Below are positions 39,535 through 52,938 of a DNA stretch of 64,000 nt, piece after piece; positions within the stretch are counted from its first letter, which is position 1, and each line of letters opens with the position of its first letter. The stretch is from Eledone cirrhosa (taxonomy: Eukaryota): NCBI GenBank assembly GCA_964016885.1, contig OZ024745.1:23684001-23748000 (forward strand). The letters are read 5' to 3'. The notes under the pieces were generated by a model. It was not told where the DNA came from. It saw only the letters and a program-made list of their open reading frames with translations, and did no database searches. Both the position numbers and the translations under genes were made by a program.

Positions 39535-42500
39535 ATCAATTGAGAGTTGGCTGTTTGAACGCGCGTGGCCTGAGCTCAGCTTGGAAGCAAGCAAAGCTTC
39601 TAAGTGACCTCAGGTCACAAAGTATAGATGTGATGGTTGTTTGCGAGAGTCGGATCAGCAGCGTGAGACAGCTGGCGCCCGCCTTCGATGACTTTGAGAT
39701 GCACGCATCTCTCTGTCAACCCGGAGGCGGGGGGGGGGGAGTTGCCGTACTGCTGGATAAACGTCTGACTCTCGACGTACAGATTGTTCACTCGGACCCG
39801 GGGGGTCGATTACTGGTGCTGGACGTCGGAGGTGGTGAAGGCGGGGCTTTCAGACTGGTCGGTCTTTATGCTCCCTTCGGGGCGGAGAGAGCCGACTTCT
39901 TCCAACGTCTGGAGACTTTTCTAGGAACGTCGCGTTCCCTGCTTTTAGTGGGGGACTGGAATGGAATCCTAGATGCGCGTTGGGACTATGCAGGGGCATG
40001 TCCCGATAGAGGGGGGTGTAGCAGCCTCAAGGGGTTACTCGATCGATTCGACCTGGTCGATAGATTTCGACTAGATTGTCCAACTGCGCCAACCTGGACC
40101 TGGGCAAACCGCAGTGGACAATCTAGATCGTACCTAGATAGGTTTTTGGTTAGGAGTAAGGATAGGGACGTATTTAGTTGTCCAGAACTGATCATGGTTG
40201 GCTATTCAGATCACAAATTAGTGACCTGCGTGGTCAACCTTGATAGAACGCATAGACAGGGTCCCGGTTACTGGAAGATGAACTTGTCCTTACCGACAAA
40301 GAAAGATTACAGAAACCGGATTAGTAGCTTAGTTAAGATGCGGTTGACGGGAGCGATCGTCAACAGTAGGTGGTGGATATCTCTAAAGAGAGAGATTAGA
40401 GTAAGTTCGATAGGTTACAGTAAGGAACTAGCGGCGAATAGAAATAGGAGGGAAAGGGAGTTAACAGATAAACTAGAAGAGGCGATTAGGAGCGGAGACG
40501 TAGCCAGAGTGTTAGCGACGAGAACGGCATTGAGCCAGTTCTTTGACGCGAAGCACGAAGGCTGCGTTGTCCGAAGTAAAATACGTGCTTTAGGAAACGA
40601 GGGGACCAAAGCTGTTAGCTGGGCCCGCGTGACAGAAGCCAAGAGTGGGATTAAATCCACCATTCGGTCTTTGCGAGACCAGGATGGACGGGTGATCCTT
40701 GAACCTGAGCGAATGTGCGAGACCTTTCAAAGGCACTTTGCTCGACTGTTCGGAGGTGGCGGGGGGCCGGACGAGGATGTGGACTTCGGTCCATACCTCG
40801 ACGGTCTACCGCGTCTTTCGAGCGGCGAAGCGGAGTGCTGCGAAGGGCCAATCACAGCCACTGAAATCGGGGAAGCGCTCAGCCAATGCAGCAGACGCAA
40901 ATCCCCGGGTCTCGATGGTCTACCATACGAACTTTATTTGGCTATGCCGGTCTTGTTCTCCGAACTCCTCGAGGCTGTCTATTGCAACTGGCAACAGAAC
41001 GGGAGAATTCCCTGTTCTGTGACCAAGGGCGTGGTCACGCTAGTGAGGAAGGACGAGAGCAAGGGGGACGACTTAAGTAACTTTAGGCCCATAACTCTGC
41101 TGAATGCAGAGTTACAGATTTTGGCCAAGGTGTTGGCGAAGAGGTTGGCGCTTGTGGTGGGTGGTTTGGTGGGAGACGCGCAGACATGCGCTATCCCGTC
41201 CAGGTCCATTCACGACAACCTCCACCTCATGCGATACATCATAGAGAGGGTTGGCTACGAACCCGGCTTTGGTGGGGCCCTGATCAACTTGGATCAATCT
41301 AAGGCGTTCGATAGGGTCGACCATGGTTACCTGGATGCGGTGCTAGCGGCGGCGGGCTTCGGACCCGTTTTCAGGGGCTGGATTTCTGCCATGCACAGTG
41401 GCAACATCTACTCTAGGATTAAAGTAAACGGCTACCTCTCGGAGCCGTTTCAAATCACCCGATCCATCAGACAGGGGTGCCCCCTCTCCTCCCTTCTGTA
41501 CGTATTGACTCTCGAGCCACTGCTGCGGAAGTTGGAGTTGCTGCGGGGCATACCCCTGGAACCGGGATTGCACAAAGCGGTCTCGGCCTATGCCGACGAC
41601 GTAACAGTAATGGTGGCGGACGCCTCGGAAATCGGGGCGATCGCCACCCTACTGGAGGAATACGAAAGGCTGACGGGGGCTAAGCTGAACCAGGACAAGT
41701 CAGTCGGTTTGCAACTCGGAACGTGGAGGGGCAAACCGATGCCGTTAGACGGTGTCGTCGGGCGGTGGACGGAGGGCCCGGTGAAGCTGCTCGGGGTCTG
41801 GTTCGGACCGGACCTCCAGGTGGAGAAGAATTGGGGCGAGGTGACGAGCAGGGTGTTTGCGCTGACCCAGAAGTGGGCCAAGTGCAAACTATCACTGAAA
41901 GGTCGGGCGGAGGTGACGAACGCTTACATAGCGTCCGTCATCTACTACCGCCTGACCGTCGTGCCTTGCCCCAAGGAAAAGCTCACCATCATGGAACGCA
42001 TGCTCTTCCAGTTCCTCTGGAAGAAGCGGCCTCCCATGGTGAGGAGATCCATCTGCTGCCAGCACCCTTCGAAAGGAGGGCTGGGTATGCCGTGGCTGTT
42101 GATGCGTAGGCACGCATTGAGGCTACGGCATCTACAGGTATTCCTCAACGGTCAGCCGGTGTGGGCCCCGTTTGTGAGGCGAGCCTTCCCACAGCTCGTC
42201 TCGCTCACCGAACTGCAATCCTGGGTGAAGCAAAGACCGAGAAAACTGGGCAACTGGCACACTGAGTGTGCCCAGGCGCTCACGGCTATCTGGCAAGCGG
42301 ACCCGACTGTCAGTGGAGAATCCACCTCGACATTCTATAGAGGGTTGGTGGCTAGCAGGGGCGACGACACCCTTGGAGAGTCGCTAGGCATGGAGGAGGA
42401 CGAACTGGCCAGCCTGTTCGGTAGAACTTTCGGCCCGGGACCCATGGACAACTTCCAGAGGTCCCTAGCCTGGCAGTGTTACCGGGGGGCTCTGCCCGTT

Positions 42501-42971
42501 CGAGAAAAGCTCTACAGACACGGGCGCCCGGGCAGGGATCCCGCGAAAAAGATCTGTCCCAGATGCGTGCGCGACGAGGAAACCGTTGCGCATGCACTGG
42601 TACACTGCCCGGGCGTTGCCGATCTGTGGGGCTACGTCGAACGACTGCTGTCGCGTGTGGCGCCGATTCGATTAACCGCCGAGTCTGTGGTGAACATCAA
42701 GCCGCCTCCTCCCTTCAGAAATGAAGCAGAGGCGGTCTTTCTGTGCGTAATAGCCATGATGAAAGAGGTTGTGTGGTGGACGCGCCTGAAAGGTCTGAGG
42801 TCGGGTGACTTTCTCTCCGGCCATCACCTGGTTTACTTCTTCCGATACCACTTCGGAAGAAGAATCAGGATGGAGAGAGAAGTGCTTGGTCCCAGACAGT
42901 TTTATGAAAGGTGGGTGAAAGAAGCGAGAATGGCCCGTGTAAATGGGCCTTCTCTCTACATTGTTCTGTAG
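39531..42971 (+). CDS. ORF2 APE endonuclease + reverse transcriptase + zinc finger, copy C (position of B's ATG reads ATA)
   Basis: Open 1143 codons; NARGL, GDWN, SYLDRF, SDH; RQGCPLS, YADD; CPRC..HALVHC. Confidence 0.95.
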   Translation: MDQLRVGCLNARGLSSAWKQAKLLSDLRSQSIDVMVVCESRISSVRQLAPAFDDFEMHASLCQPGGGGGGVAVLLDKRLTLDVQIVHSDPGGRLLVLDVGGGEGGAFRLVGLYAPFGAERADFFQRLETFLGTSRSLLLVGDWNGILDARWDYAGACPDRGGCSSLKGLLDRFDLVDRFRLDCPTAPTWTWANRSGQSRSYLDRFLVRSKDRDVFSCPELIMVGYSDHKLVTCVVNLDRTHRQGPGYWKMNLSLPTKKDYRNRISSLVKMRLTGAIVNSRWWISLKREIRVSSIGYSKELAANRNRRERELTDKLEEAIRSGDVARVLATRTALSQFFDAKHEGCVVRSKIRALGNEGTKAVSWARVTEAKSGIKSTIRSLRDQDGRVILEPERMCETFQRHFARLFGGGGGPDEDVDFGPYLDGLPRLSSGEAECCEGPITATEIGEALSQCSRRKSPGLDGLPYELYLAMPVLFSELLEAVYCNWQQNGRIPCSVTKGVVTLVRKDESKGDDLSNFRPITLLNAELQILAKVLAKRLALVVGGLVGDAQTCAIPSRSIHDNLHLMRYIIERVGYEPGFGGALINLDQSKAFDRVDHGYLDAVLAAAGFGPVFRGWISAMHSGNIYSRIKVNGYLSEPFQITRSIRQGCPLSSLLYVLTLEPLLRKLELLRGIPLEPGLHKAVSAYADDVTVMVADASEIGAIATLLEEYERLTGAKLNQDKSVGLQLGTWRGKPMPLDGVVGRWTEGPVKLLGVWFGPDLQVEKNWGEVTSRVFALTQKWAKCKLSLKGRAEVTNAYIASVIYYRLTVVPCPKEKLTIMERMLFQFLWKKRPPMVRRSICCQHPSKGGLGMPWLLMRRHALRLRHLQVFLNGQPVWAPFVRRAFPQLVSLTELQSWVKQRPRKLGNWHTECAQALTAIWQADPTVSGESTSTFYRGLVASRGDDTLGESLGMEEDELASLFGRTFGPGPMDNFQRSLAWQCYRGALPVREKLYRHGRPGRDPAKKICPRCVRDEETVAHALVHCPGVADLWGYVERLLSRVAPIRLTAESVVNIKPPPPFRNEAEAVFLCVIAMMKEVVWWTRLKGLRSGDFLSGHHLVYFFRYHFGRRIRMEREVLGPRQFYERWVKEARMARVNGPSLYIVL

Positions 42972-43202
42972 GTGAAGAAGTGAAGAGGAAAGGGGGAGCG
43001 CCTCCTCTCTGGGCTTCCCCCGCGAAAAGAGTTGCACACTTTTCGGGGGTATGTGCAATCCCCAACACGCCCCCTCCCTTTTGAGGACTTTTTATTGTTA
43101 TATTATTATTGTTATTCCTTTTTTCTTTACTCGATTTATGTAAACTCCCCCACTGTGTAAATGTCCCCTTCTTTTGTGCCCTCGTGGCAAATAAATAGAA
43201 AT

Positions 43203-43261
<59 letters not shown>

Positions 43262-43284
43262 GCTATCTATCTATCTATCTATCT
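43203..43284. repeat. (ATCT)n spacer between Tx1 copies C and D
   Basis: Directly visible. Confidence 0.95.
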
Positions 43285-46200
43285 ATGCTTCTAAATGACC
43301 TCAGGTCACAACGTATAGATGTGATGGTTATTTGCGAGGCCCGGATCAGCAACGTGCGACAGCTGGCCCCCACCTTTGATGACTTTGAGATGCACGCATC
43401 TCTCTGTCAGCCCGGAGGTGGGGGTGGAGTTGTCGTTCTGCTGCAAAAAAATCTGGGTCTCGCAACACAGATGGTACATTTGAACCCGGAGGGTCGACTA
43501 GTGGTTCTGGACCTTGGCAGTGGTAAAGGCGGAGCGTTTAGGTTGGTAGCCGCCTACGGCTCTTTCGGGTCAATGCGGCCGGACTTCTTCCATCGTCTGG
43601 AGACTTTTCTAGGGACGTCCCGCTCCTTGCTATTAGTGGGGGACTGGAATGGTATCCTAGATGCACGCTGGGACTACGTAGGGGCCTGTCCCGATAGAGA
43701 GGGGTGTAATAGCCTCAAAGGGTTAATCGGTCGATTTGACCTGGCCGATAGATATCGACTAGATTTTCCGACTGCGCCAACCTGGACTTGGGCAAATCGT
43801 AGCGGAACATCTAGGTCGTACCTAGATAGGTTCTTAGTTAGAATTAAGGATAAGGACTTTTTAAGTTGTCCAAAAATGTGCATGGTTGGCTATTCAGACC
43901 ACAAATTAGTGACCTGCATGGTCAACCTTGACAGAACTCATAGACAGGGACCCGGTTACTGGAAGCTCAACTTGTCCTTACCGGCAAGTAAGGCTTACAG
44001 GAACCGGATTAGCACTTTAGTTAAGGAGCGGTTGACGGGCACCATCGTCAACAGCAGGTGGTGGGGATCTCTCAAAAGAGAGATTAGAGTAGTCTCTATA
44101 GAATTTAGTAAGGAGTTAGCCTCCAATAGAAATAGGAAGGAAAGGGAGTTGGTAGATAGTGTAGGAGAGGCAATTAGAAGCGGCGACGTGGCCAGAGTGC
44201 TAGCGTCGAGAACGGCCCTGGGCCAGTTCTTCGACGCGAAACACGAAGGCTGCATCGTCCGAAGCAAAATACGTGCTCTGGGAAACGAGGGGACCAAAGC
44301 TGTTAGCTGAGCCCGCGTGACAGAAGCCAAAAGAGGGAGCAGATCCACTATCCGGTCTTTGCGAGACCAGGATGGACGGGTGATCCTTGAACCTAAGCAG
44401 ATGTGCGAGGCTTTTCAAAAGCACTTTGCCGAATTGTTCGGAAGGGGCGGGGGGCCGGTTGGGGACGTGGACTTCGGTCCATACCTCGACGGCCTGCCGC
44501 GTCTCTCGGACAGGGAGGTGAAGTCCTGCGAGGAGCCGATTTCAGCCGCTGAGATAGAGGACGTGCTGAGCCAATGCGGCAAACGCAAATCCCCGGGTCT
44601 CGATGGTCTTCCATACGAACTATATCTAGCTATGCCGGACTTGTTCCCCGAACTCCTCGAGGCGGTCTACTGCAACTGGCGACAGAACGGGAGAATTCCC
44701 TGTGCTGTGACCAAGGGCGTAGTCACGCTAGTGAGGAAGGACGAGAACAAGGGGGATGACATTAGTAATTTTAGGCCCATAACTCTGCTAAATACAGAGT
44801 TACAGATTTTGGCCAAGGTGCTAGCAAAGAGGTTGGCGCTTGTCGTGGGCAACCTGGTGGGAGATGCGCAGACATGTGCTATCCCGTCCAGGTCCATCCA
44901 CGATAACCTCCACCTCATGCGATACATCATAGAGAGGGTTGGGAACGAACTCGGCTTTGGTGGGGCCCTGATCAACTTGGATCAATCTAAGGCATTCGAT
45001 AGAGTCGACCATGGTTACCTGGATGCGGTGCTAGCGGCGGCAGGCTTCGGACCCGTTTTCAGGGGCTGGATCAATGCCATGCACAGCAGCCGCATCTGCT
45101 CTAGGGTCAAGGTGAACGGCTACCTCTCGGAGCCGTTCGAAATCGCGCGGTCCATCCGACAGGGGTGCCCTCTCTCCTCCCTTCTGTATGTAGTGACTCT
45201 AGAGCCACTGCTGCGGAAGTTGGAGTTGTTGCAGGGCATCCCTTTGGAACCGGGATTGCGGAAAGCGGTGTCAGCCTACGCCGATGACGTAACAGTAATG
45301 GTGTCGACGGCCTCAGAAATCGGGGCGATCGGCACCTTACTGGAGGAGTACGAAAGGTTTACAGGGGCTAAGCTGAACCGGGACAAGTCGATCGGTCTGC
45401 AACTCGGCACGTGGAGGGGCAGATCGATGCCCTCCGATGGCGTCGTCGGGCGCTGTACGGAGGGCCCGGTGAAATTGCTCGGGGTCTGGTTCGGACCAGA
45501 CCTCCAGGTGGAGAAGAACTGGGGTGAGGTGACGAGCAGGGTGTTTGCACTGACCCAGAAGTGGGCCGAGTGCAAACTGTCCCTGAAAGGTCGGGCGGAG
45601 GTGGCGAACACTTATATAGCGTCCGTCATCTACTACCGCCTGACCGTGGTGCCTTGCCCAAGGGAAACGCTCGCCAAAATGGAGCGCGCACTCTTCCAAT
45701 TCCTTTGGAAGAAGCGGGCTCCTATGGTGAGGAGATCCATCTGCTGTCAACACCCTTCGAAAGGAGGGCTGATGATACGTAAACACGCATTAAGGCTACG
45801 GCACCTTCAGGTATTCCTCTCCGGTCAACCGGTGTGGGCCCCGTTTGTGAGGTGAGCCTTTCCCAGACTCGTCTCACTCACCGAGCTGCAATCCTGGGTC
45901 AAGCAAAGACCGAGAAAACTGGGCACCTGGCACACCGAGTGTGCCCAGGCGCTCACGGCTCTCTGGCAGGCGGACCCGGCTGTCAGTGGAGAATCCACCT
46001 CGTCATTCTATAGAGGGCTGGTGACCCATGGATAACTTCCAGAGGTCCCTGGCCTGGCAATGCTACAGAAGGGCTCTGCCCGTTCGAGAAAGGCTCTACA
46101 GACACGGGCGCCCGGGTAGGGACCCATAGAAAAAGGTCTGTCCCAGATGCGTGTGCGACGAGGAAACCGTTGCACACGCATTGGTACACTGCTCGGGCAT

Positions 46201-46819
46201 TGCCGATCTGTGGGGCTATGTCAAACAACTGCTGTCAAGGATGGGACCGATCCGGTTGACCACCGAGTCTATTGTAACGATCAAGCCGCCTCCCCTCTTC
46301 AAAAACGAAGGAGAGGCGGTGTTTCTGTGCGTAATAGCCATGGCGAAAGAGGTTGTATGGTGGACGCGTCTGAAAGGACTGAGGTCAGACACCTTTCTCT
46401 CTGGCCAACAACTGGTCCGTTTCTTCCGATATCATTTCGGAAGAAGGATCAGGATGGAGAGAGAGGTGCTACACCCCAGCCGTTTCTATGAAAGATGGGT
46501 GAAAGTGGCGAGAATGGCCCGTGTGAATGGGCCTTCACTCTACATCAGACTATAGGTGAGGAAGATGAAAGACCAAGGGAGCACCCCTTCTCTGTGCTCC
46601 TGAGGAGAAGGGTTGCACACTTTTTTCGGGGGTGTGTGCGACCTCCCAAGGCGCCTCCTCTCTATTGAGGACTTTGTTATAAATTTTATTTTTTGTTATA
46701 TTTTATTTTATTTTTATATATTGTTATTGCCTCCTCCTTATTGAGGACGCCTTGTTTTGTAATCTCCCCCCATTGTACTTGTCCCACTTTTGATGCCCTG
46801 GTGGCAAATAAAAGAAACA

Positions 46820-46820
<1 letters not shown>
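43285..46820 (+). mobile_element. Tx1/L1-clade LINE copy D, 5'-truncated inside the endonuclease, degenerate
   Basis: Starts at LLNDLRSQ; stops at ~44308 and ~45853; deletions at ~45770 and ~46022; 3'UTR then (ATCT)n at 46821-46870. Confidence 0.92.
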
Positions 46821-46870
<50 letters not shown>

Positions 46871-46909
46871 GTAATATTAGTACTGGTTTTGATGAACTTA
46901 TTGGATATC

Positions 46910-47040
46910 TAGGTGGCGAAATTACAGAATCATTTTGGCTCTCTGCTCGCTGAGTTCAAATCCCACCGAGGTCAATTTTGTCTTTCATCCATTTGAGGTC
47001 GATAAAATACAGTATCACTCTAATACCGAGGTCGATTCTT
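46910..47040 (+). mobile_element. SINE family 2 (degenerate)
   Basis: GAGTTCAAATCCCACCGAGGTCAATTTTGTCTTTCATCC..GAGGTCGATAAAATA. Confidence 0.7.
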
Positions 47041-47489
47041 CCTCTATACCGTTTTCTCGCGTCCATTTTCTCACTCTCTAGCCTTCTCTGGAAGAAATCG
47101 ACTGTATTTGGACCTGGAGAGTGATCAACCAGGTTAAAAACAATGACCTAGGAACGCCATATATCAATACAGCATCCCCTAAGATCTCTTTGGGAGTTAC
47201 ACGACTAAGGAAGGATTGGAACAATTGTTTAGTATTTCTGTTAGAAGAATCGCAGACAGAAACATTGGTTAGCAATGGAGTCGTGAATAAAAGATGTTTG
47301 GTGTTGTGGTGATGGAAGTGGTGGGCATGGATTAATGGTGACGTTAGCAGAAAAAGGACAGTGAAATCTAAAATAGGTTACAAAATTTACACATTATGAA
47401 ATTGACTGTTCTTAAGGTTTGGTTGCTTGGCAATGTTGCTGACACATCGCTTTCGATAATGAAATATAACTAATATATTCGCAGAATCC

Positions 47490-47690
47490 AAGGGCGGTAG
47501 ACTGGCAGAATCGGTAGAGCATCGGATAAAATGCATTGCTATAGTTCTTCTGACTCTTTATATACAATTTGTATTTCATCTTTCCGGAGTAGATAAAATA
47601 AAGTACCTGTCAAGTAGCCGGATTAATTTTAATAAATGTTCCCTTCTCTTAAATTTGCTGGCCTTGTGCCGAAATTAAAAATCAATATTA
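47490..47690 (+). mobile_element. SINE family 2 (degenerate)
   Basis: GGCGGTAGACTGGCAGAATCGGTAGAGC...GATAAAATAAAGTACC...GCTGGCCTTGTGCC. Confidence 0.65.
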
Positions 47691-48064
47691 TTAGCAGAAT
47701 TCCTAACATGTTTCATGTTACTTGATGTATCCTTTCACGTATTGAGTTTAACTCAAGTCTTTGCCTTTCATTGTTTCGTGGTCGATGAAATGAATACTGG
47801 AGTCTTCTATCCCTCTCCTTGTTCCAATGTTAAAATTGATATATGAATGTATTTCAACTTTTAGCTCCGAGATGAGCTTATACGCATCAAAGTAAAAAAA
47901 TAAATTTCAAATATTTGGGCCAAAAACCCAAATATTATGGGGTTCCTCTTTTTGAAGGTAAATACTTAAGTCCTACGTTCCTCTTGAAACATAATTTAAC
48001 AAATGACAATTTAAACAACTTAAAACAAGCAAATTTATGGAGCGAAAACTGGCATGGCGTATCG

Positions 48065-48475
48065 TATGGTTTCTGATTTAGGCACAAGGTCAACAATTTG
48101 ATGCGAGGGGAAAGTCGATTAAATCGACCTCAGTATGTTACTGGTGCTTTATTTTATCGAACTCGTAAGGAAGAAAGGCAAAGCTAACCTCGATGGGATT
48201 TGAGCTTAGAACGTAAAGAGCCGTAAGTCAATGCCATGATTTCTGACGTTCTACCGATAATGCCATTCAACCGACTTAATAATAATTATGATAATAATTG
48301 TTTCTACTTTTGCCACAAGGCCAGCAATTATCTTAGTGTATTACTGGTATTTTATTTTATCGACCCAGTAAGGATGAAAGGCAAAGTTAACCTCAGCGGG
48401 ATTTGAACTCAGATCGTAAAAGGACGTAACTATGCTAGAAAGCATGGCGTCCGACCCTCTACCGATACTGCCAAT
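48065..48475 (-). mobile_element. Two tandem SINE family 2 copies
   Basis: Core repeated at ~48080 and ~48312. Confidence 0.8.
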
Positions 48476-48642
48476 TCAAGGATATAGAATGGTGTATGAA
48501 GAGAATGGTGTATGAATACATGAAAGTTTTATGGCTATTAGAAGTGGTGTGAGGAAATGTTTAGCTATTCTAGGAAAGACAACAGACTCTGCTAAAGGAG
48601 AGAGGAAGAAAGAGTGAGAGAAAGAGAAAAAGAAAGAGTGTA

Positions 48643-48706
<64 letters not shown>

Positions 48707-48934
48707 AGAGAATGAAAGAAAGATAGATATAGAAAGAGAGAGAGAGAGTGTGAGAGAAAGAAAGAGGCGAAGGATTCCGTTGATTTGCTGCAATTCTTAG
48801 GATAATAGATGAAACAGCTTGATATAAACAAAAACCCAAAACAATGTGAATGTAAAATCACAGGAGACAGAGAGCGGCGTCTGTAGACATGTTTACATTA
48901 TATTCAGGATATTGACTACGTGAAATATACGTCA

Positions 48935-50610
48935 CAAGGACATGAAATATAGGGATCAGGATATGAAATATAGGGATCAGGATATCAAATACAGGGATCA
49001 AGACATGAAATATACGGTAGAGGACATGGAATATAAGGATCAAGACATGAAATATACGGATCAAGACATGAAATATACTGATCAAGACATGAAATATAGG
49101 GATCAAGGATATGGAATATAGGGATCAAGGACATGGAATATAGGGATCAAGACATGAAATATAGGGATCAAGACATGAAATATAGGGATGAAGACATGAA
49201 ATATACGGTAGATGACATGAAATATACGGTAGAGGACATGAAATATACGGTAGAGGACATGAAATATAGGGATCAAGACATGAAATATACGGCAGAGGAC
49301 ATGAAATATAGGGATGAAGACATGAAATATACGGTAGAGGACATGAAATATAGGGATCAAGACATGAAATATTCGGTAGAGGACATGAAATACACGGTAG
49401 AGGACATGAAATATGCGGTAGAGGACATGAAATATACGGCAGAGGACATGAAATATACGGTAGAGGACATGAAATATACGGTAGATGACATGAAATATGC
49501 GGTAGAGGACATGAAATATGCGGTAGAGGACATGAAATATACGGTAGAGGACATGAAATATACGGTAGATGACATGAAATATGCGGTAGAGGACATGAAA
49601 TATGCGGTAGAGGACATGAAATATAGGGATCAAGACATGAAATATACGGTAGAGGACATGAAATATACGGCAGAGGACATGAAATATGCGGTAGAGGACA
49701 TGAAATATAGGGATCAAGACAGGAAATATGCGGTAGAGGACATGAAATATACGGCAGAGGACATGAAATATAGGGATCAAGACATGAAATATACGGTAGA
49801 GGACATGAAATATAGGGATCAAGACATGAAATATACGGCAGAGGACATGAAATATAGGGATCAAGACATGAAATATTCGGTAGAGGACATGAAATATACG
49901 GTAGAGGACATGAAATATGCGGTAGAGGACATGAAATATACGGTAGAGGACATGAAATATACGGTAGATGACATGAAATATACGGTAGAGGACATGAAAT
50001 ATACGCTAGAGGACATGAAATATACGGTAGATGACATGAAATATGCGGTAGAGGACATGAAATATGCGGTAGAGGACATGAAATATACAGTAGAGGATAT
50101 GAAATATACGGTAGAGGACATGAAATATACGGTAGAGGACATGAAATATACAGTAGAGGATATGAAATATACGGTAGAGGACATGAAATATACGGTAGAG
50201 GACATGAAATATACGGTAGAGGACATGAAATATAGGGATCAAGACATGAAATATACGGTACAGGACATGAAATGTACGGTAGATGACATGAAATATACGC
50301 TAGAGGACATGAAATATAGGGATGAAGACATGAAATATACGGTAGATGACATGAAATGTACGGTAGAGGACAGGAAATGTACGGTAGAGGACATGAAATA
50401 TAGGGATCAAGACATGAAATATGCGGTAGAGGTCATGAAATATACGGTAGAGGAATGAAATATAGAGATCAAGACATGAAATATACGGTAGATGACATGA
50501 AATGTACGGCAGAGGACATGAAATGTACGGTAGAGGACATGAAATATAGGGATCAAGACATGAAATATACGGTAGAGGAGATGAAATGTACGGTAGAGGA
50601 CATGAAATAT
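48935..50610. repeat. 21-bp minisatellite, ~80 units, two main variants
   Basis: GACATGAAATAT-ACGGTAGAG and GACATGAAATAT-AGGGATCAA. Confidence 0.95.
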
Positions 50611-50720
50611 GTTTCAAGACATAATTTATTCTATAATAAAGTTGGTTTGGAGAATTATGACTGGTCTGCAAATAAGAAAAAAATAGGCGAAAATAGATTA
50701 TAAAGTAAATACTACTACTA

Positions 50721-50861
<141 letters not shown>

Positions 50862-50894
50862 ATAATAATAATAATAATAATAATAATATTAATT

Positions 50895-51085
50895 GTTTCT
50901 ATTTTTGTCAAAAGGCCAGCAATTACCCAGTGCATTACTGGTACTTTATTTTATCGACCCCATAAGGATGAAAGGCAAAGTTAACCTCGGCGGGATTTGA
51001 ACTCAGAATGGCAAGGACCGTAACTCTATGCATCAAAACATCATAGCGTCCGACCGTCTACCGATACTGCCAATCCACCACCCCT
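50895..51085 (-). mobile_element. SINE family 2
   Basis: Near-identical to the 26635-26810 copy. Confidence 0.85.
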
Positions 51086-51097
51086 TTAATAAGAACA

Positions 51098-51205
51098 TGA
51101 AGAAAGAAGAAGAAGAAGAAGAAGAAGAAGAAGAAGAAGAAGAAGAAGAAGAAGAAGAAGAAGAAGAAGAAGAAGAAGAAGAAGAAGAAGAAGAAGAAGA
51201 AGAAA
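51098..51205. repeat. (GAA)n microsatellite
   Basis: Directly visible. Confidence 0.95.
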
Positions 51206-51599
51206 GAAATGCATAAATGAATGAAACGAAACGAAAACAAAATGGATGTAATGGTATTGCGAGTAAAAAAAAAATTGCGAGATAACAAGTAAATCCTTTG
51301 AAATAAAGTCTGAACCACATGAAGTATGGACGTAGCTAGTGGGTATTAGAAGGTTTCGTCTCTGGGATTGGTTATAAAGTGAAAGTCTAGAAATGATGCT
51401 GTGACATATCGGAAGCAACCATTTGCGGTTGACCAAGTAAGAAGATGAAGACAGCTATAAAACATCTCAGAAATTCGTCTTCATATATTTAAAAGGAACG
51501 AACGAACGAACAAAAAAAAAAAAAGTAGTAACAGGAATTTTTCTCGCAAGAACAACATTAATAAGAACGACGACGACAACAACAACGACAACAATAGCA

Positions 51600-51607
51600 G
51601 CAGCAAT

Positions 51608-51671
<64 letters not shown>

Positions 51672-51702
51672 ACTACTACTACTAATACATCGACAAGAAT
51701 AG

Positions 51703-51740
<38 letters not shown>

Positions 51741-51829
51741 TTGATGTTGATGGTGATATTGATGGTGATAAAGATGATGATGTTCATGATGATGATGACG
51801 ATGATGACGATGATGACGATGATGATGAC

Positions 51830-51860
<31 letters not shown>

Positions 51861-52030
51861 GTGTTGACGACGATGATGATGATGATGTTGATGGTGACGA
51901 TGAAAATGATAACAAAGATAATGATGATGACGATGGTGATGATGATAATGATGATGATGGAGATGGTGATGGTGATGATGATGCTGATAACAAAGATAAT
52001 GATGATGTTAGATGATAATGATCATGATCG
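51600..52030. repeat. (CTA)n/(GAT)n microsatellites
   Basis: Directly visible. Confidence 0.95.
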
Positions 52031-52855
52031 TGGGAAAGAAGGGGGAGGGTAGTGGTGGTGATGCTGGGTGGGGTGGAATGATAATGGTGATTTCTTCAGA
52101 ACCAAACATAATATTTCAGACCACCAATGAAGAAGAATCATAAAAATGTCTGAGATATTAGCCACCTAGATAACTATATTGAAATATGTATATATATATG
52201 TATATATATATATGTGTGTGTATGTGTGTGTGTATGATGTAGAAATATATATATATATATATAGTTCTATATATATATATATAGTTCTACACACACACAT
52301 ACCTACATATATACATAATACATACTTGCATACGTATATTTTTTTTTCACACATACACCCGCACGTATATACATATATACATATATACATGCATACATAC
52401 ACACATATATACATGCAAACACACATATATGTAGAAATGGATATTTATATCAGTGTGTATATGTGTGTGTGTGTGTGTGTATGTGTGTGTATGTGTGTGT
52501 GTGTGTTTGTTTCCACACATATGAAAGACATATAAAACGATGACACGAATGGGTAGAAGCAAATGCGTTTAAACTGAAATTTCCAATCATGTTCTTCCAA
52601 GGAAGATCTCATAGATAGAAGTGGTATGGAAGGCCTGTGTCAGCAGAGAACAGAGTTATGGAAGCACAGTAGTACTAGAGAGAGCAGTGGCATGGAAGTA
52701 CCGTGGTACCAGAGAACAGTGGCATGGAAGTACTGTTGTCACAGAGAACAGAGGTTTGAAAGGATAAAGCTATCAGAGAGAAACAGTATCAGAAAGCAGT
52801 GGAGTCAATTACTTTTTGTCCAAATAGAATCTCAATGTTTTTGTAACTGGTTCTG

Positions 52856-52938
<83 letters not shown>

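Larger units (their letters stand above)
37497..43202 (+). mobile_element. Tx1/L1-clade LINE copy C, full length
   Basis: 5'UTR, ORF1, uninterrupted 1143-aa ORF2, 3'UTR ending GTGGCAAATAAATAGAAAT then (ATCT)n. Confidence 0.95.

Noticed and set aside
47082-47132. Possible small exon (polypyrimidine-AG, FSGRNRLYLDLESD, loosely CUB-like)
   Set aside because: Weak donor, too short, and no partner exons identified
48935-50610. CRISPR-like array (constant part plus variable part)
   Set aside because: Variable parts are only 9 nt and come from two types; no unique spacers, no cas genes, eukaryotic context
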